A DNA stretch of 63,336 bases, filler included, from Choristocarpus tenellus KU-1152 (taxonomy: Eukaryota > Protista > Phaeophyceae), in NCBI GenBank assembly GCA_964200185.2. It is 9 parts of 9 records of this genome, joined end to end, with 100 filler letters (N's around TTAATTAATTAA, not from the genome) between each part and the next. Parts side by side here need not be neighbours in the genome. Positions count along the whole stretch, not along the records: positions 52,403 to 56,256 come from CAXNAD020017559.1; positions 56,357 to 59,234 come from CAXNAD020023982.1; positions 59,335 to 63,336 come from CAXNAD020016724.1; 6 more parts are not named here. One strand, written 5' to 3'. Positions 53,494 to 63,336 of this stretch are shown here, piece after piece; position 1 is the first letter of the stretch; every line of letters begins with the position of its first letter. A model generated the notes under the pieces. It was not told the origin of the DNA. It did no database searches and saw only the letters and a list, made by a program, of their open reading frames with translations. Both the position numbers and the translations under genes were made by a program.

Positions 53494-54021
53494 CTACATG
53501 GGGGATGATGGGGAGGGAAGGGAGCTGCCATCAAAAAGAGCAAGATGAGAAGATGAGTAAAGGTGACCTCTTTGAAAGGTGGCACTACTCCTACTGGATA
53601 TAGGAGAGGGGGGTAAGGGATGTCCATAAAAGCTCCTGCTGCTTTTACTTGAAAGTTGGGAGTGTACATTTGTTGCAGCGGTAGCAGCTGCTCTAGCTGC
53701 AAGTTTGGCACGGATAGCAGCAGAAGAGGCTGCAGTCGCAGCAGAAGATGCAGCAGTAGCAGCAGAAGATGCAGCAGTAGCAGCAGAGGATGCAGCAGTA
53801 GCAGAAGCATCCACAGCTAAGGCAACCACAATAGCAGATTTGAACTCATCCTGCACGAAAAAGTCCTCTGCTGAGCGCAGAGAAGACCCTCGTCGAACCG
53901 TTGACCTGCTCCAATCCCTTCCCCACTGCATGTTGCTTTTTGTTGAGTTTAGGTAGGATTCCTGTGCAGTATCCCTGAGATTTGGGGGCAGCGTGGTCGG
54001 TAAATCAACGCAGGATGCCAA
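53494..54021 (-). CDS. Probable exon or ORF with an Ala/Ser/Thr heptad repeat (21-bp tandem repeat); product unknown
   Basis: 175-aa ORF with (ASSAATA)n, from GCAGCAGTAGCAGCAGAAGAT repeats at about 53718-53806. The coding strand is ambiguous. Confidence 0.35.
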   Translation of the reverse strand: MASCVDLPTTLPPNLRDTAQESYLNSTKSNMQWGRDWSRSTVRRGSSLRSAEDFFVQDEFKSAIVVALAVDASATAASSAATAASSAATAASSAATAASSAAIRAKLAARAAATAATNVHSQLSSKSSRSFYGHPLPPSPISSRSSATFQRGHLYSSSHLALFDGSSLPSPSSPM

Positions 54022-56236
54022 CCGTATTGGATGAATTCAATTTTGAAAAGAAAATGCCAGCGAAGTGTGTCAGCTCAAATCTGAAAGGCCACACACCTTC
54101 TTTGCATTGTATCAATGTATACAACAAGAAGGAATAAAGGGTTACTGCTTCAGGGTAGTTGGTTGTTAGACATAGAGAGGTGCAAACGCGTCTAGAGGTG
54201 TTGCACGTATTGCTAAAAAACACACCCTGTGGAGCAAGTGGTGTCCCGTGAAACGTATGTTGACCTGTGAAGACGGGTTTGCCGTCGCCGCTCTAGTATG
54301 TTTGGAATTGTGATCACTATCACCTGCAACAACATCATGTTGTGATCATCATGGACACAAGGGGACGTCAGTGTTTAAAGCATTGTCTAGCTACTTGTAC
54401 TGTGTTGAAGAGTTGTCGGCGAAGTGTGCCTCATATGAGCAGCACAAAAATTTACAAGGAAATAATGTGTCAGGTTTGAAACAAAAATGATAGGATGCAA
54501 ATTGGGCCAACTGGGCCTCCTACCTCACAAACATTGGGGACCGTATTGTGGAATAAGTTGATGTTTCCCACGACAAAGTGGCTCGTTATGTACCCATGCT
54601 AGTAGCCCTTTTGGGCCAGGGAGGCATCTATCCCATTTCTATATTTGACTGACATTCAGGCAAATGTATTCCACCATGCCAAATTCACAAGGGCATTCAC
54701 AATGAACTGTGAACAGAGATCATGGCCAAGCTCTGTACAATGATAAAATGTAGGAGTATAGAAGTTCGAGATTTCAAATATTCATAACAGCATACATTGG
54801 GGTTGGAGGAGAAGGGTTCGTTTCAGAGAATGTTGTGTTACTGCACTCACTACAGTTATTCAAGCATTTAGAGTTGATCTTTGCACATGCACAGACTTGT
54901 CATGCACACTCCAACGGACAAAATAGATCAACGACTCCCACAAGTGCCCATTCATCAAGAACAACACCTCACCTTGGACACCTGAGAAAGAACAGGCACA
55001 CCAATTGTCAGATATACTAGAATGTCACCTCGGTACATCATAATCTGCCGCAGACCAAGGGGAAAATGTAAAAATAGCAAAACCAGGACAGGCAGCTTTA
55101 GAGTTGAGGATGGTGATCGGGCAAGGGCTCTGGAACCAATAAGTGCATGGAGAAGAGACAATGCAAAGAAATCGGAGATGGTAGACTCGAGTTCAAAGAC
55201 CAGGATAACGTTTGGTAGACTCATTCTGCTGCAAGCTCGTGGCACACATACACATAAAAAAAAAATGGTTACAACTTGTACGTAAAGGGGCTGATAGCTC
55301 TGAATGGATCGACACAATCCTCAGGTTCACATTCACAACACAAGTCACATGCCATTACAAAGACCGCCTGGCACAAATATCACCACCAAAAAGGTGTTGG
55401 AAACATGCTAATTCAACTTATATTTTCGAAGCTCTTTTGAAATGGGAACAATATCTAGGTTAGCTATGGGAATTCCTTGCATCAATATAATATCTCCGAA
55501 GGAAGCATCGAGAGGATGAAGGTGGATATACTCGGACAAAAACACTCACATTCTGACATTTGCATACACAAACAAGCAACATAGCTGATCAATGACAACA
55601 AACAACGGGCCCTGTTGCCTCAGGATAAGAAAATAGATAAGAAATCGAAGGGGAATAGGATGGGAAGGGCGGCTTACCATTGTACCTAGGAGGAGCGATG
55701 TCCCCAAAATAATGCCAAGGACAATTAATTTTGATGTGTGCAATGATAGCGCCTTCTTCTGCCCAAATTTGCTCTGAAAAGGAGCAACATCCCGTGTTCC
55801 CCATTGCTGACTGGATGATGAAGGTGCACGGTCATAGGGGAGCAAAAGAGCAACATATCACAGCATTAGAGTTCCTCGCTTATCTTCAAATTCGCATGTA
55901 GGGACAACTGCACCCCATGTTGTTACCCCTGATTAAGGAACATACTTGTACTGTGTTAGCTGAGGTCATATTTGTCTAGTTCACAATATTAGTAAGCATA
56001 ACTCTCACAAACTTTGCACAATAGATTACCAAGGGCTGTGTTTGTCCTGATCAAACAACCACCATAATTTGTCTAAGGCAACCTAGTTGCTCAGTTGTGG
56101 TCTACAAACTTCTATCAAAGTAATATAGAGGCTGAAACTCCCTAATATAAGGTCAGATCCTTATGTTAGGGAAATTTCACTTGGAACAGGAAGCAAGCAC
56201 AACATGGAGGTACACCTGTACCTCCTGTCTGTCCCT

Positions 56237-56256
56237 GGCTCAAAGTATCTGGGGGG
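56237..56256. mobile_element. End of a family D element
   Basis: GGCTCAAAGTATCTGGGGGG at the contig end. Confidence 0.6.
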
Positions 56257-56356
56257 NNNNNNNNNNNNNNNNNNNNNNNNNNNNNNNNNNNNNNNNNNNN
56301 TTAATTAATTAANNNNNNNNNNNNNNNNNNNNNNNNNNNNNNNNNNNNNNNNNNNN
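56257..56356. other. Artificial contig spacer
   Basis: N44-TTAATTAATTAA-N44. Confidence 0.97.
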
Positions 56357-57195
56357 TCTCTTCTTCCCCCCCTTCCCTTGTTTCCTTCCCGTCCTTCCCC
56401 CCCCCCTTTTTTTTCGTCGTTTTCCATCAAATCTTCCCATCTTGTCTTGTTCCTTTCATTGTTGTCCTCTCTCCTATCCGCCATCTTTTGTTAATCGGAC
56501 GAGAAGCTTTCTCGGAGGTTGCCTTCGTCTCCCTTCCTCGTCTTGTACCCCTGGTTTTCTTTCCTTTTATCACTGACTGGCTGCTGTTCTTCCCCTTATC
56601 TACCACTCATTTCCATTAAAAAAAAATTCCCTTCCTTTACTATTCATTCTCTTCCTGCTCCCTTCTTTTTCTTTTCCCTACCCACGCTTGTCCTGTGCCC
56701 CCAGCCAACCAGAATTCTTCCGCCCACAAAACTCAGATTACTTCATAAACTCTTTGTTGTTGTTGCCATCTCTGTTCTTTCTTTTTAATATGCATAAGAC
56801 CCCAGATGCACGGTAATTGTTGTTTATTATTTTATTGATTGCCATTGTCCCCTCACTGAGCACTTCTAGCTCACTCTGCAATAGTGCCTCTGACGCACAC
56901 TTGGATGTTAATGCACTCAGAGTTAAAACCATCTACTGAAACCCTTGCCAGCCCAGGTAACAAGCCTCTTCACAGAGCATGTACTTCTTTCACTAAGTAT
57001 ACCATGAAATAACACAGTATTCACATCACATCATTCTTAACTGAGAGATCAATGACTTCAGTTGCAACAGAAGAAATACATCAGTCCTTTACTTCACAAT
57101 CACATCTACTCATACCACAGACTACGCTCCATACTCATCGGTGCTTTGCAACACCATGATTCCTCTTCCTTCGTAGTCTATGTATCACATATACA

Positions 57196-58167
57196 ATGCA
57201 TTCGATTCAGGTTTCAACAGAAGGAAACGCGATATCATCGACAACAATGGCGCAGAGAATAAAGGAGAAGCCTATGATCCAGGCATGGAACAGAGTCGAA
57301 GTGAGGAGGTACTTCGTACTCCTCGGATTCATTCCCTTATTAATAAAAACGGGCAATGCGAGATCGACACAGTACGAGCTACAAAGAATAGTAGAAGAAA
57401 CAACGGACGTCACAGAAGAGGTGGCAAAGCAGATGGAACACCTGGCAGCCTTTACAATTAAGGACTACATACCGAGGGGGGAGCTGGGGAGAAAGACATG
57501 CAAGGGGGACTACGAACTGCCCGACAGTTTCGACTGTTTCGTGGCAGCAATGGTGAGACTGTGCAGGTATGGAGACAGTTGGAATCCAGGACAGAGGAGG
57601 ACAGCAAAGGTGATTGAGGACCTGGAAGAGGCGAGGTGTAAGGTACGAATGTTTTATGGTGCCAACATACCCACGTTACTAGAGAGTCCCAGGATCGTTG
57701 AACTGATTTTTAGAGCGGTGGAGGAGGATCTAGAGTGTTGGGAGAAAAAGATAGCCGCAGCAGCAGACATCATAGGGAAAAAAATTAACACACCGCCTCC
57801 CCGTGACACGCGGATACCACTCCCTCCGAGCCCTCGCTTCACATGTTTGGAAACGACATTTGGTCAGGCAAAGAACATACTGCCTGCCCTATATAGCACT
57901 GAGTCCAGCTCCCGTTCCATGAAGAGGGCGGGGACATGGGGGGAGACAAGAACTTCAAAATCTCCCAGAACTGAGGACAGGAATAGAGCAGGAGTCTCAA
58001 AAGGGGGAGGAAGGACCTACAACCCGTGTTTTGTGGGGAAGGCAGGACAGGAGTGTGACTTCTTACACAGAAACGATCTTTGCAAATACGACAATTTCAA
58101 AGAAGGGGAAGAAGAGAAGGAGAACGAAGACCAGACCGTTGCCAAGTCTACAAAGAAAGACCCATAA
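57196..58167 (+). CDS. Gag-like ORF1 of a DIRS/Ngaro-like retrotransposon
   Basis: Intronless 323-aa ORF with a Cys/His cluster near the C-terminus (CFVGKAGQECDFLH), immediately upstream of and overlapping the RT-like ORF. Confidence 0.6.
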   Translation: MHSIQVSTEGNAISSTTMAQRIKEKPMIQAWNRVEVRRYFVLLGFIPLLIKTGNARSTQYELQRIVEETTDVTEEVAKQMEHLAAFTIKDYIPRGELGRKTCKGDYELPDSFDCFVAAMVRLCRYGDSWNPGQRRTAKVIEDLEEARCKVRMFYGANIPTLLESPRIVELIFRAVEEDLECWEKKIAAAADIIGKKINTPPPRDTRIPLPPSPRFTCLETTFGQAKNILPALYSTESSSRSMKRAGTWGETRTSKSPRTEDRNRAGVSKGGGRTYNPCFVGKAGQECDFLHRNDLCKYDNFKEGEEEKENEDQTVAKSTKKDP

Positions 58168-58895
58168 AGACGCGGGCCCACCCCTCCCGGGGTGGGCCGG
58201 CAGGAAGAGACCAATGGACGTCAAGACTACCACAACATAGGCAAGAGACGTCAGGGATTCCAATGCCAGGGTCAATACGCCGGACACTCAAAGATAGAGG
58301 GGGAGGGGAAGGGGGAATGAAGGATGACTTTAAAGATTGGTTAAGAGCATGGGAGAATTGGAAAGTAGAAAAGGATTGGGTAACGTTATTGAAGGGACTG
58401 AAGGATTTGGCAATGAAGGGGGAAGCATTACTAGGAGGGTGTGGGGGGGATTTGGTAACACTAGTGGATAGGTTAGGGGAAAGATGGAGCCCAAATCGGT
58501 TGAATTGGGAGAAGATTAGTGACCACTTTGGGAAAAAGGTTGGGTTCCCACAGATAGAAGAAACTCCAACAGGTAGTGAACAGGGGAGAAGTAGAAAGAA
58601 GGCCCTTCTAGAAAAGGTAGTGAGTGACGTGACCCAGGGTAGAGCATTGGTGTTTCCAAAAAGGATATGGGGGAAGATTCCAGGATTGCAGTTGTCCCCA
58701 GTTGGTGTCATACAAGAATCCACGAAGGTAAGGATCATTCATGATTTGTCGCACCAGCAAGAGAATTGGGGGCCGAGTGTGAATGACCCAACAGAGTTAG
58801 CGGATGCCCCCCCAGTACATTTTGGAACAGTTCTAGAAGACGTGATTAGGAGGATGTCGAATAACCTAGTGTTATCCTTACGTTGTTTGTGCTGA
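58080..58895 (+). mobile_element. DIRS/Ngaro-type reverse transcriptase, N-terminal part; truncated
   Basis: LQLSPVGVIQESTKVRIIHDLSH...GPSVND matches the SPxGxV..KxRxIHDLS..SVND signature of tyrosine-recombinase retrotransposon RTs. It ends before the catalytic YxDD. Confidence 0.8.
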
Positions 58896-59234
58896 CACAA
58901 GTATACAACATAGGTTATACATACGTTTATATTTGGTTAGGTATAATACAGAATACGTACGTATATAAAATATAATAAGTCAACATTAATCCACACGTCA
59001 GAGATGATGGATGGTTGACAGACAACTAATAATATAGTGTGTGCTTTACCATGTAATTCAACAGCTAGCTTACGGCGACGAGCCTCATGTGCGTCAAGCT
59101 TCTCAACACGCTTAAGCGCTTAATCCAAACTCTGACCAGGGGAGGCGCAGCCGGACTGGTTTGTTTTGAATTGGCATAGCACCACTCATGGCTTCTGATG
59201 GGACCAACACCAAACTCCTCCAGCTCTCGGACAA

Positions 59235-59334
59235 NNNNNNNNNNNNNNNNNNNNNNNNNNNNNNNNNNNNNNNNNNNNTTAATTAATTAANNNNNNNNNN
59301 NNNNNNNNNNNNNNNNNNNNNNNNNNNNNNNNNN
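59235..59334. other. Artificial contig spacer
   Basis: N44-TTAATTAATTAA-N44. Confidence 0.97.
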
Positions 59335-59357
59335 CCCCCCACCAGATACTTTGGGTC
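59335..59357. mobile_element. End of a family D element
   Basis: CCCCCCACCAGATACTTTGGGTC at the contig start. Confidence 0.6.
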
Positions 59358-59726
59358 ACCCCCCAACAGCAGGTCTATCCATCTACTACTCACGCATCTA
59401 AAACACAAGAAGACCATAAAATTCAAACAATGGATGGATTATAATTCACCCCTTGCACTGCAAAAATGGAGTACATCGAAGTTTTTTTATCAACCAAAAT
59501 TACATTCACAATTGCTTTGGAATTGCTGCACTACTGCAACTACACCCATTTCACACAGCCCAATCATCTACAGTAGTATCACATTACCCACTCCTTGCAG
59601 CCTTTCCCCACACTTATCTGGAATTCTTCAACCTCTTGTCTTAGATGTATGCTGCTATTGCTGCAGGTGCTATTCCCTACACTTCTCCTTCTAGAATGAT
59701 AGGAAAACGAGAATGTGCCCCTGCAG

Positions 59727-60961
59727 GCAAGCCAAACGCTGCCCTGGCTCAACAGGGGCCATCCCGCCTCCTTGCTATCGCCACGCTTGCACTTAGCACA
59801 CTGGGGGAGTTGGAAGAGGCCATGGACCTGGGCGAGTCAGCACTAGCAATAATGTTTGGGTATGTTGTATGGCAAAGAAGATTCTTTCGTGCCTCCAGAA
59901 TTTCAACAAGAAGAAAAGGAGGGACGGATAGAAGTTCGTTTGGAGGGCCTCCAAATATTCTTCTTTTCTTTAGCAATTGCAGGGGGAGAAGCATTTTTGG
60001 TGCAAATTACTGCCGTATAACCTCAGAGAATAAACACCAAATACTCTAGAGTACTACATAAAATATCTGTTTGATGAAAACAACACACAATTTTCTCTAG
60101 TTCTGAGTTGTTAAAAAAAAAGGGCAATGAAAGCACCAAATACATAGGCAATGATAGCGCTAGTTTTCATTGGCTGAGATTTGTCTCTTCTTCTCAAATC
60201 TAGATGACCCTAGCAATGGAGAGGTAGGCAAGGTTGCATTTTAAGAATCCCAAGAAAGGGCAAAAAGAAGCCATATTTTACGTTTGCAGAAGAACCCTTG
60301 CATAGTTATGGTGTCACTCTGCGTGGAAATGGGGAAGATCAATTTTGCTCACACTAGTATGCACATAAAGCAATTAAGTAGAGTGTATTGCACAGGGTAA
60401 GAAAGATGCTTGGGATGCAAAAGGATCCAAACCTATATACCTCTCGATTGGTTTGGCTCAGATGGCAATCCACATCCCTCTCACCTTACTCCTCCCCTGA
60501 CACACTCACATGTCACGGTTGATCTCTTACAGGGTGAGGGGCCTGTCAGGAGGAGCATTTGAAGGTGTGACAAAACTGACCTATCCGCTAGACAAGGTGC
60601 TGGAATGCCTCAGGTTAGATTGTACTGATCATTTGTTCGAAACTTATACTTGCCCTAACACCAATTCTTTACTCCTCCCTCCCCTCGTAGCACCTAAACC
60701 CTCCCCTTGTGCTCTGCTCTCAAGCACCAACTTTGATTTCATCATCATAATTTCTCGTGCAAATTTTGTCCCTCCCCTTTCTAATTCAACCTGCTCCTGG
60801 ATTTGTTGGTGCACCTTCCAATCGCCAATCGTTAATCCACCTTCTCTCTACTCTGTGTCTCAGCATGTTATCATAACTTCCATTGCTTCCATCCCTAACA
60901 GATTATTGGTCGAGGTGTATTTGGCACAAGGGACGGATATATACCAACTTCTCTTTCTTAA
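59727..60961 (+). CDS. Possible gene fragment: TPR-like exon plus two small exons
   Basis: Phase-compatible exons 59727-59859 (LSTLGELEEAMDLGESALAIMFG), 60533-60596 and 60902 to about 60961 (…TYPLDK|IIGRGVFG…stop). Confidence 0.3.
60206..60459 (+). mobile_element. MITE family B copy
   Basis: GACCCTAGCAATGGAGAGGTAGGC...TACCTCTCGATTGGTTTGGCTC; perfect TSD AGAT/AGAT. Confidence 0.88.
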
Positions 60962-62301
60962 GAATGATGTGGAGAAACAGGCAGGATGCCCTAGGTTCGC
61001 AGGCAACACAAATATTGAAGGTGATCAGGTCATGGACAAGGAAGGAAAGTGGAGTAATGATTCTGTTGATCATGGTGGATTGGAGAGGGGAACTGTCAGG
61101 TGGGTCATTTTGCAGATCAAGATGGCTCAATAGCTCTAGACTTCAGTATACGTTCAGAGACCATTAGTCCACCAGACAAAACCTTTTACAGAATGATTAC
61201 AGTATCAAATTCTGGCAGGACAAGGTGAGGGAGGAAATACTGGGGGCAACACTTGCAATTATAGAGCTCTTGTAACAGTGGACTCAAATCGGTAGAACTC
61301 TTCTTATATTTGATAGGTGGCATTGAGACTGACTTCTTCTCTACCTTACCCATACCTTCAGCTGTTTCCCGTAACCATTCACTCTCTGGCTACTGTTTTA
61401 TATGCTCTTGTTAAACATGCTGTATTTTGTTGTCTGACCAAGTACGACTTCTGATCCTCCCCAAACCTCCTGTAACTTCCTTGACCAAGGGTTGTTGGAT
61501 GACTTGTGAACATTCTGATAATTTTTTCTGGTTGGTTGTCAATGGCGCTCCTCCTCCTGACGATAGTTTGGCTTCCAAAGTTCTGCCATTGAATGTAGGA
61601 GACTTTGTAATTGCTAACATTTATTTGCCTCTTGCCACCATCACGAAAGAACTAGCATTATTATTAGAGATTGCGCAACTTAATCCCTGCTTCAATCCTG
61701 TGTCCCCCAGTCGGAAGTCTCACCTAGTAAAAGGTATCAAAGGGGAAGGGAAGGAGACACCAAGGCAGTCTGTAGGAAGCACTGAGGAAATGGGGGTCGG
61801 ACCTGCCGTATTGGCTTTTAAGAATTCTGGGAAATCCTCAAAGATCAGCAGCGATTTTACTATTTTAGGAAGGGTGCTGCGGTTCAGGGCCGTTCTCAAA
61901 AAGGCGGGAGCACACGCATCAAAAATGAAGGTCAGCATGACTGGAAGTGTGATGGAATGTAATCCAGTGTCTTTAGGTGTGACGTATTTTTGGCTAAGCT
62001 GGGCAAATACTGCTCTGACTCAAGCTGCAAATTTTTTTGTTTCCTTGTCTCTCCCTATCCAAATATATCCAATACCACACTTGAATTGGAAGGTTGCACA
62101 TGCCAAGAGGGAACTGAACATGGAAGGGCTTGTGAAAGGGTATGACATGGATGCCGGAGGTATCAATAGGCCTGTCATTCCTATCAACCAGACCAAGCAA
62201 CATATGTCTCGAATGTTGGGGGCAAGAGACAAGGTAGATGCCATGCTGCGACAGTGGTGAGTTTTGGTCGTGGAGGAAGGGTGAAACAATGTCGGATAAC
62301 G

Positions 62302-62563
62302 GAGCCAAAGTACCTTAGAGGGTAGAGCTGCGTCCATTTAGGGTCCAAAATTCAAAGTTGTGATTTTGATGTAATTTTGTCCATCGTGCTCGTTAGGAAG
62401 TGTCAATATGCTTGTTCTGGACGTACATTTTCATAACGTACATGTGTTACCTACTCCGAAACATTTTGGAGTAGGAAAATGTCCTAAGAATGCCCATGGG
62501 AAGCCAAGCCCAAACAAACAAACGGGGCAAAACTCGTACCCTAACCCTAAGATACTTTCACTC
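62302..62563 (+). mobile_element. MITE family A copy
   Basis: GAGCCAAAGTACCTTAGAGGGTA...TACCCTAACCCTAAGATACTTTCACTC; flanks AACG/ATCG. Confidence 0.9.
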
Positions 62564-62985
62564 ATCGGGCTGGGGATCAAGCGTACAAAGGGATCAACCT
62601 AATGTGTAGGGGTTTCTGGTTGTGTTTCGTATACTGTGTAAATGATTGGATGTTCACTGTCTGTAATTCTGTACAGTCAAGACATAGTCTAGCCTCAACA
62701 TTTGTAGACACTTGCGAGAGCGACCCCTCACCTTCTACTTGTTCGAAAGTGTTAGTGTCTTGACATTTCTCACTTCGGAATCAATATAACCGAAATAATA
62801 GGCGGATAGTTTGACATTACATTGTCCAATCACAGGCAATGCCAAGTTTGAGTCTAGATCCGAGGCCACAATACAAGGTCTGGTTGATTATAGGTGGGTA
62901 TTCAAGGTTGACTCTGATCCATATGTTTGGTATTTATTTGAATGTGCCCACAATGACAAATTCGGATTTGATCTCAGCACACAAT

Positions 62986-63248
62986 GATTCAAGGTAACAA
63001 AAGGTACCCTACCCAAACTGGCATTTTAAGGATGCTGGTAATCACGTCCAAAGTTCGACTTTGTTTTCAAACGTGTATATGATATTTTCCAAATTGTGTC
63101 AAAAAGGTTCAAACAAAGAGAAATCAACCCTCTCAGCTCAAACTTGAGATCTCATCTGTAGGAATTTGGGTGCATTCTAAAGGATTGAAAAACTTGCTTA
63201 TAAAATGAAAAAATTAGAAAAAGTGGTTACCTCCTGCATTCTTGGCTC
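62986..63248 (+). mobile_element. MITE family C copy, diverged
   Basis: Collinear similarity to 36873-37130; ends GGTTACCTCCTGCATTCTTGGCTC. Confidence 0.7.
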
Positions 63249-63320
63249 CGTGTTAGGTATGGACGGGGGGGGATAAGCTGTACTTGTGCCACAGGCCAGG
63301 TTAAGGCCCAGGTCTCAGCA

Positions 63321-63336
63321 GACTCAAAGTATCTGG
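63321..63336. mobile_element. End of a family D element
   Basis: GACTCAAAGTATCTGG at the end of the window. Confidence 0.55.

Noticed and set aside
54955-55317. Upstream PIG-K exon (ILVYLT resembles ILIYMTGHGG)
   Set aside because: It lacks the catalytic GHG motif and lies in a different contig.
6487-59334. TTAATTAATTAA palindrome repeated eight times between N runs
   Set aside because: Identical 100-bp construct with stops in all six frames; an assembly linker, not biology.
4280-62602. Recurring short ORFs such as MGSQAPNGQTGQNSYPLRYF and AKITSKLQHWILAPKWTRLYPLRYF as a gene family
   Set aside because: They are chance translations of MITE family A, and the frames are not conserved between copies.

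Overview
Eukaryotic, intron-rich and repeat-rich nuclear DNA, not prokaryotic. It consists of nine short contigs joined by eight artificial 100-bp spacers (N44-TTAATTAATTAA-N44), so adjacency across a spacer is unproven. GT-AG introns, TTAGGG repeats and the repeat types present suggest a stramenopile such as a brown alga (inference only). Host genes I can support: the 5' part of mitochondrial Hsp70 (-), a tesmin/TSO1/LIN54-type CRC-domain gene (+), a large uncharacterised multi-exon gene (+), two exons of the GPI transamidase PIG-K/GPI8 (-) and an intact tRNA-Ala(AGC) inside the PIG-K intron. The rest is decayed mobile DNA: a PIF/Harbinger element, a hAT element, a CRE/R2-type non-LTR fragment, a DIRS/Ngaro-like retrotransposon, a tRNA-derived SINE cluster and at least 17 MITEs of about 255 bp. 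The three best leads are: (1) a candidate -1 programmed frameshift signal at the DIRS/Ngaro ORF1/ORF2 junction (near-slippery heptamer, 7-nt spacer, perfect 10-bp GC-rich hairpin); (2) a Sola2-like clan of four MITE families that share a GAGCCAAA terminus, three of them also sharing a near-fixed length and short TSDs; (3) a head-to-head palindromic SINE array. All protein family calls come from motif recognition by eye, not from database searches.
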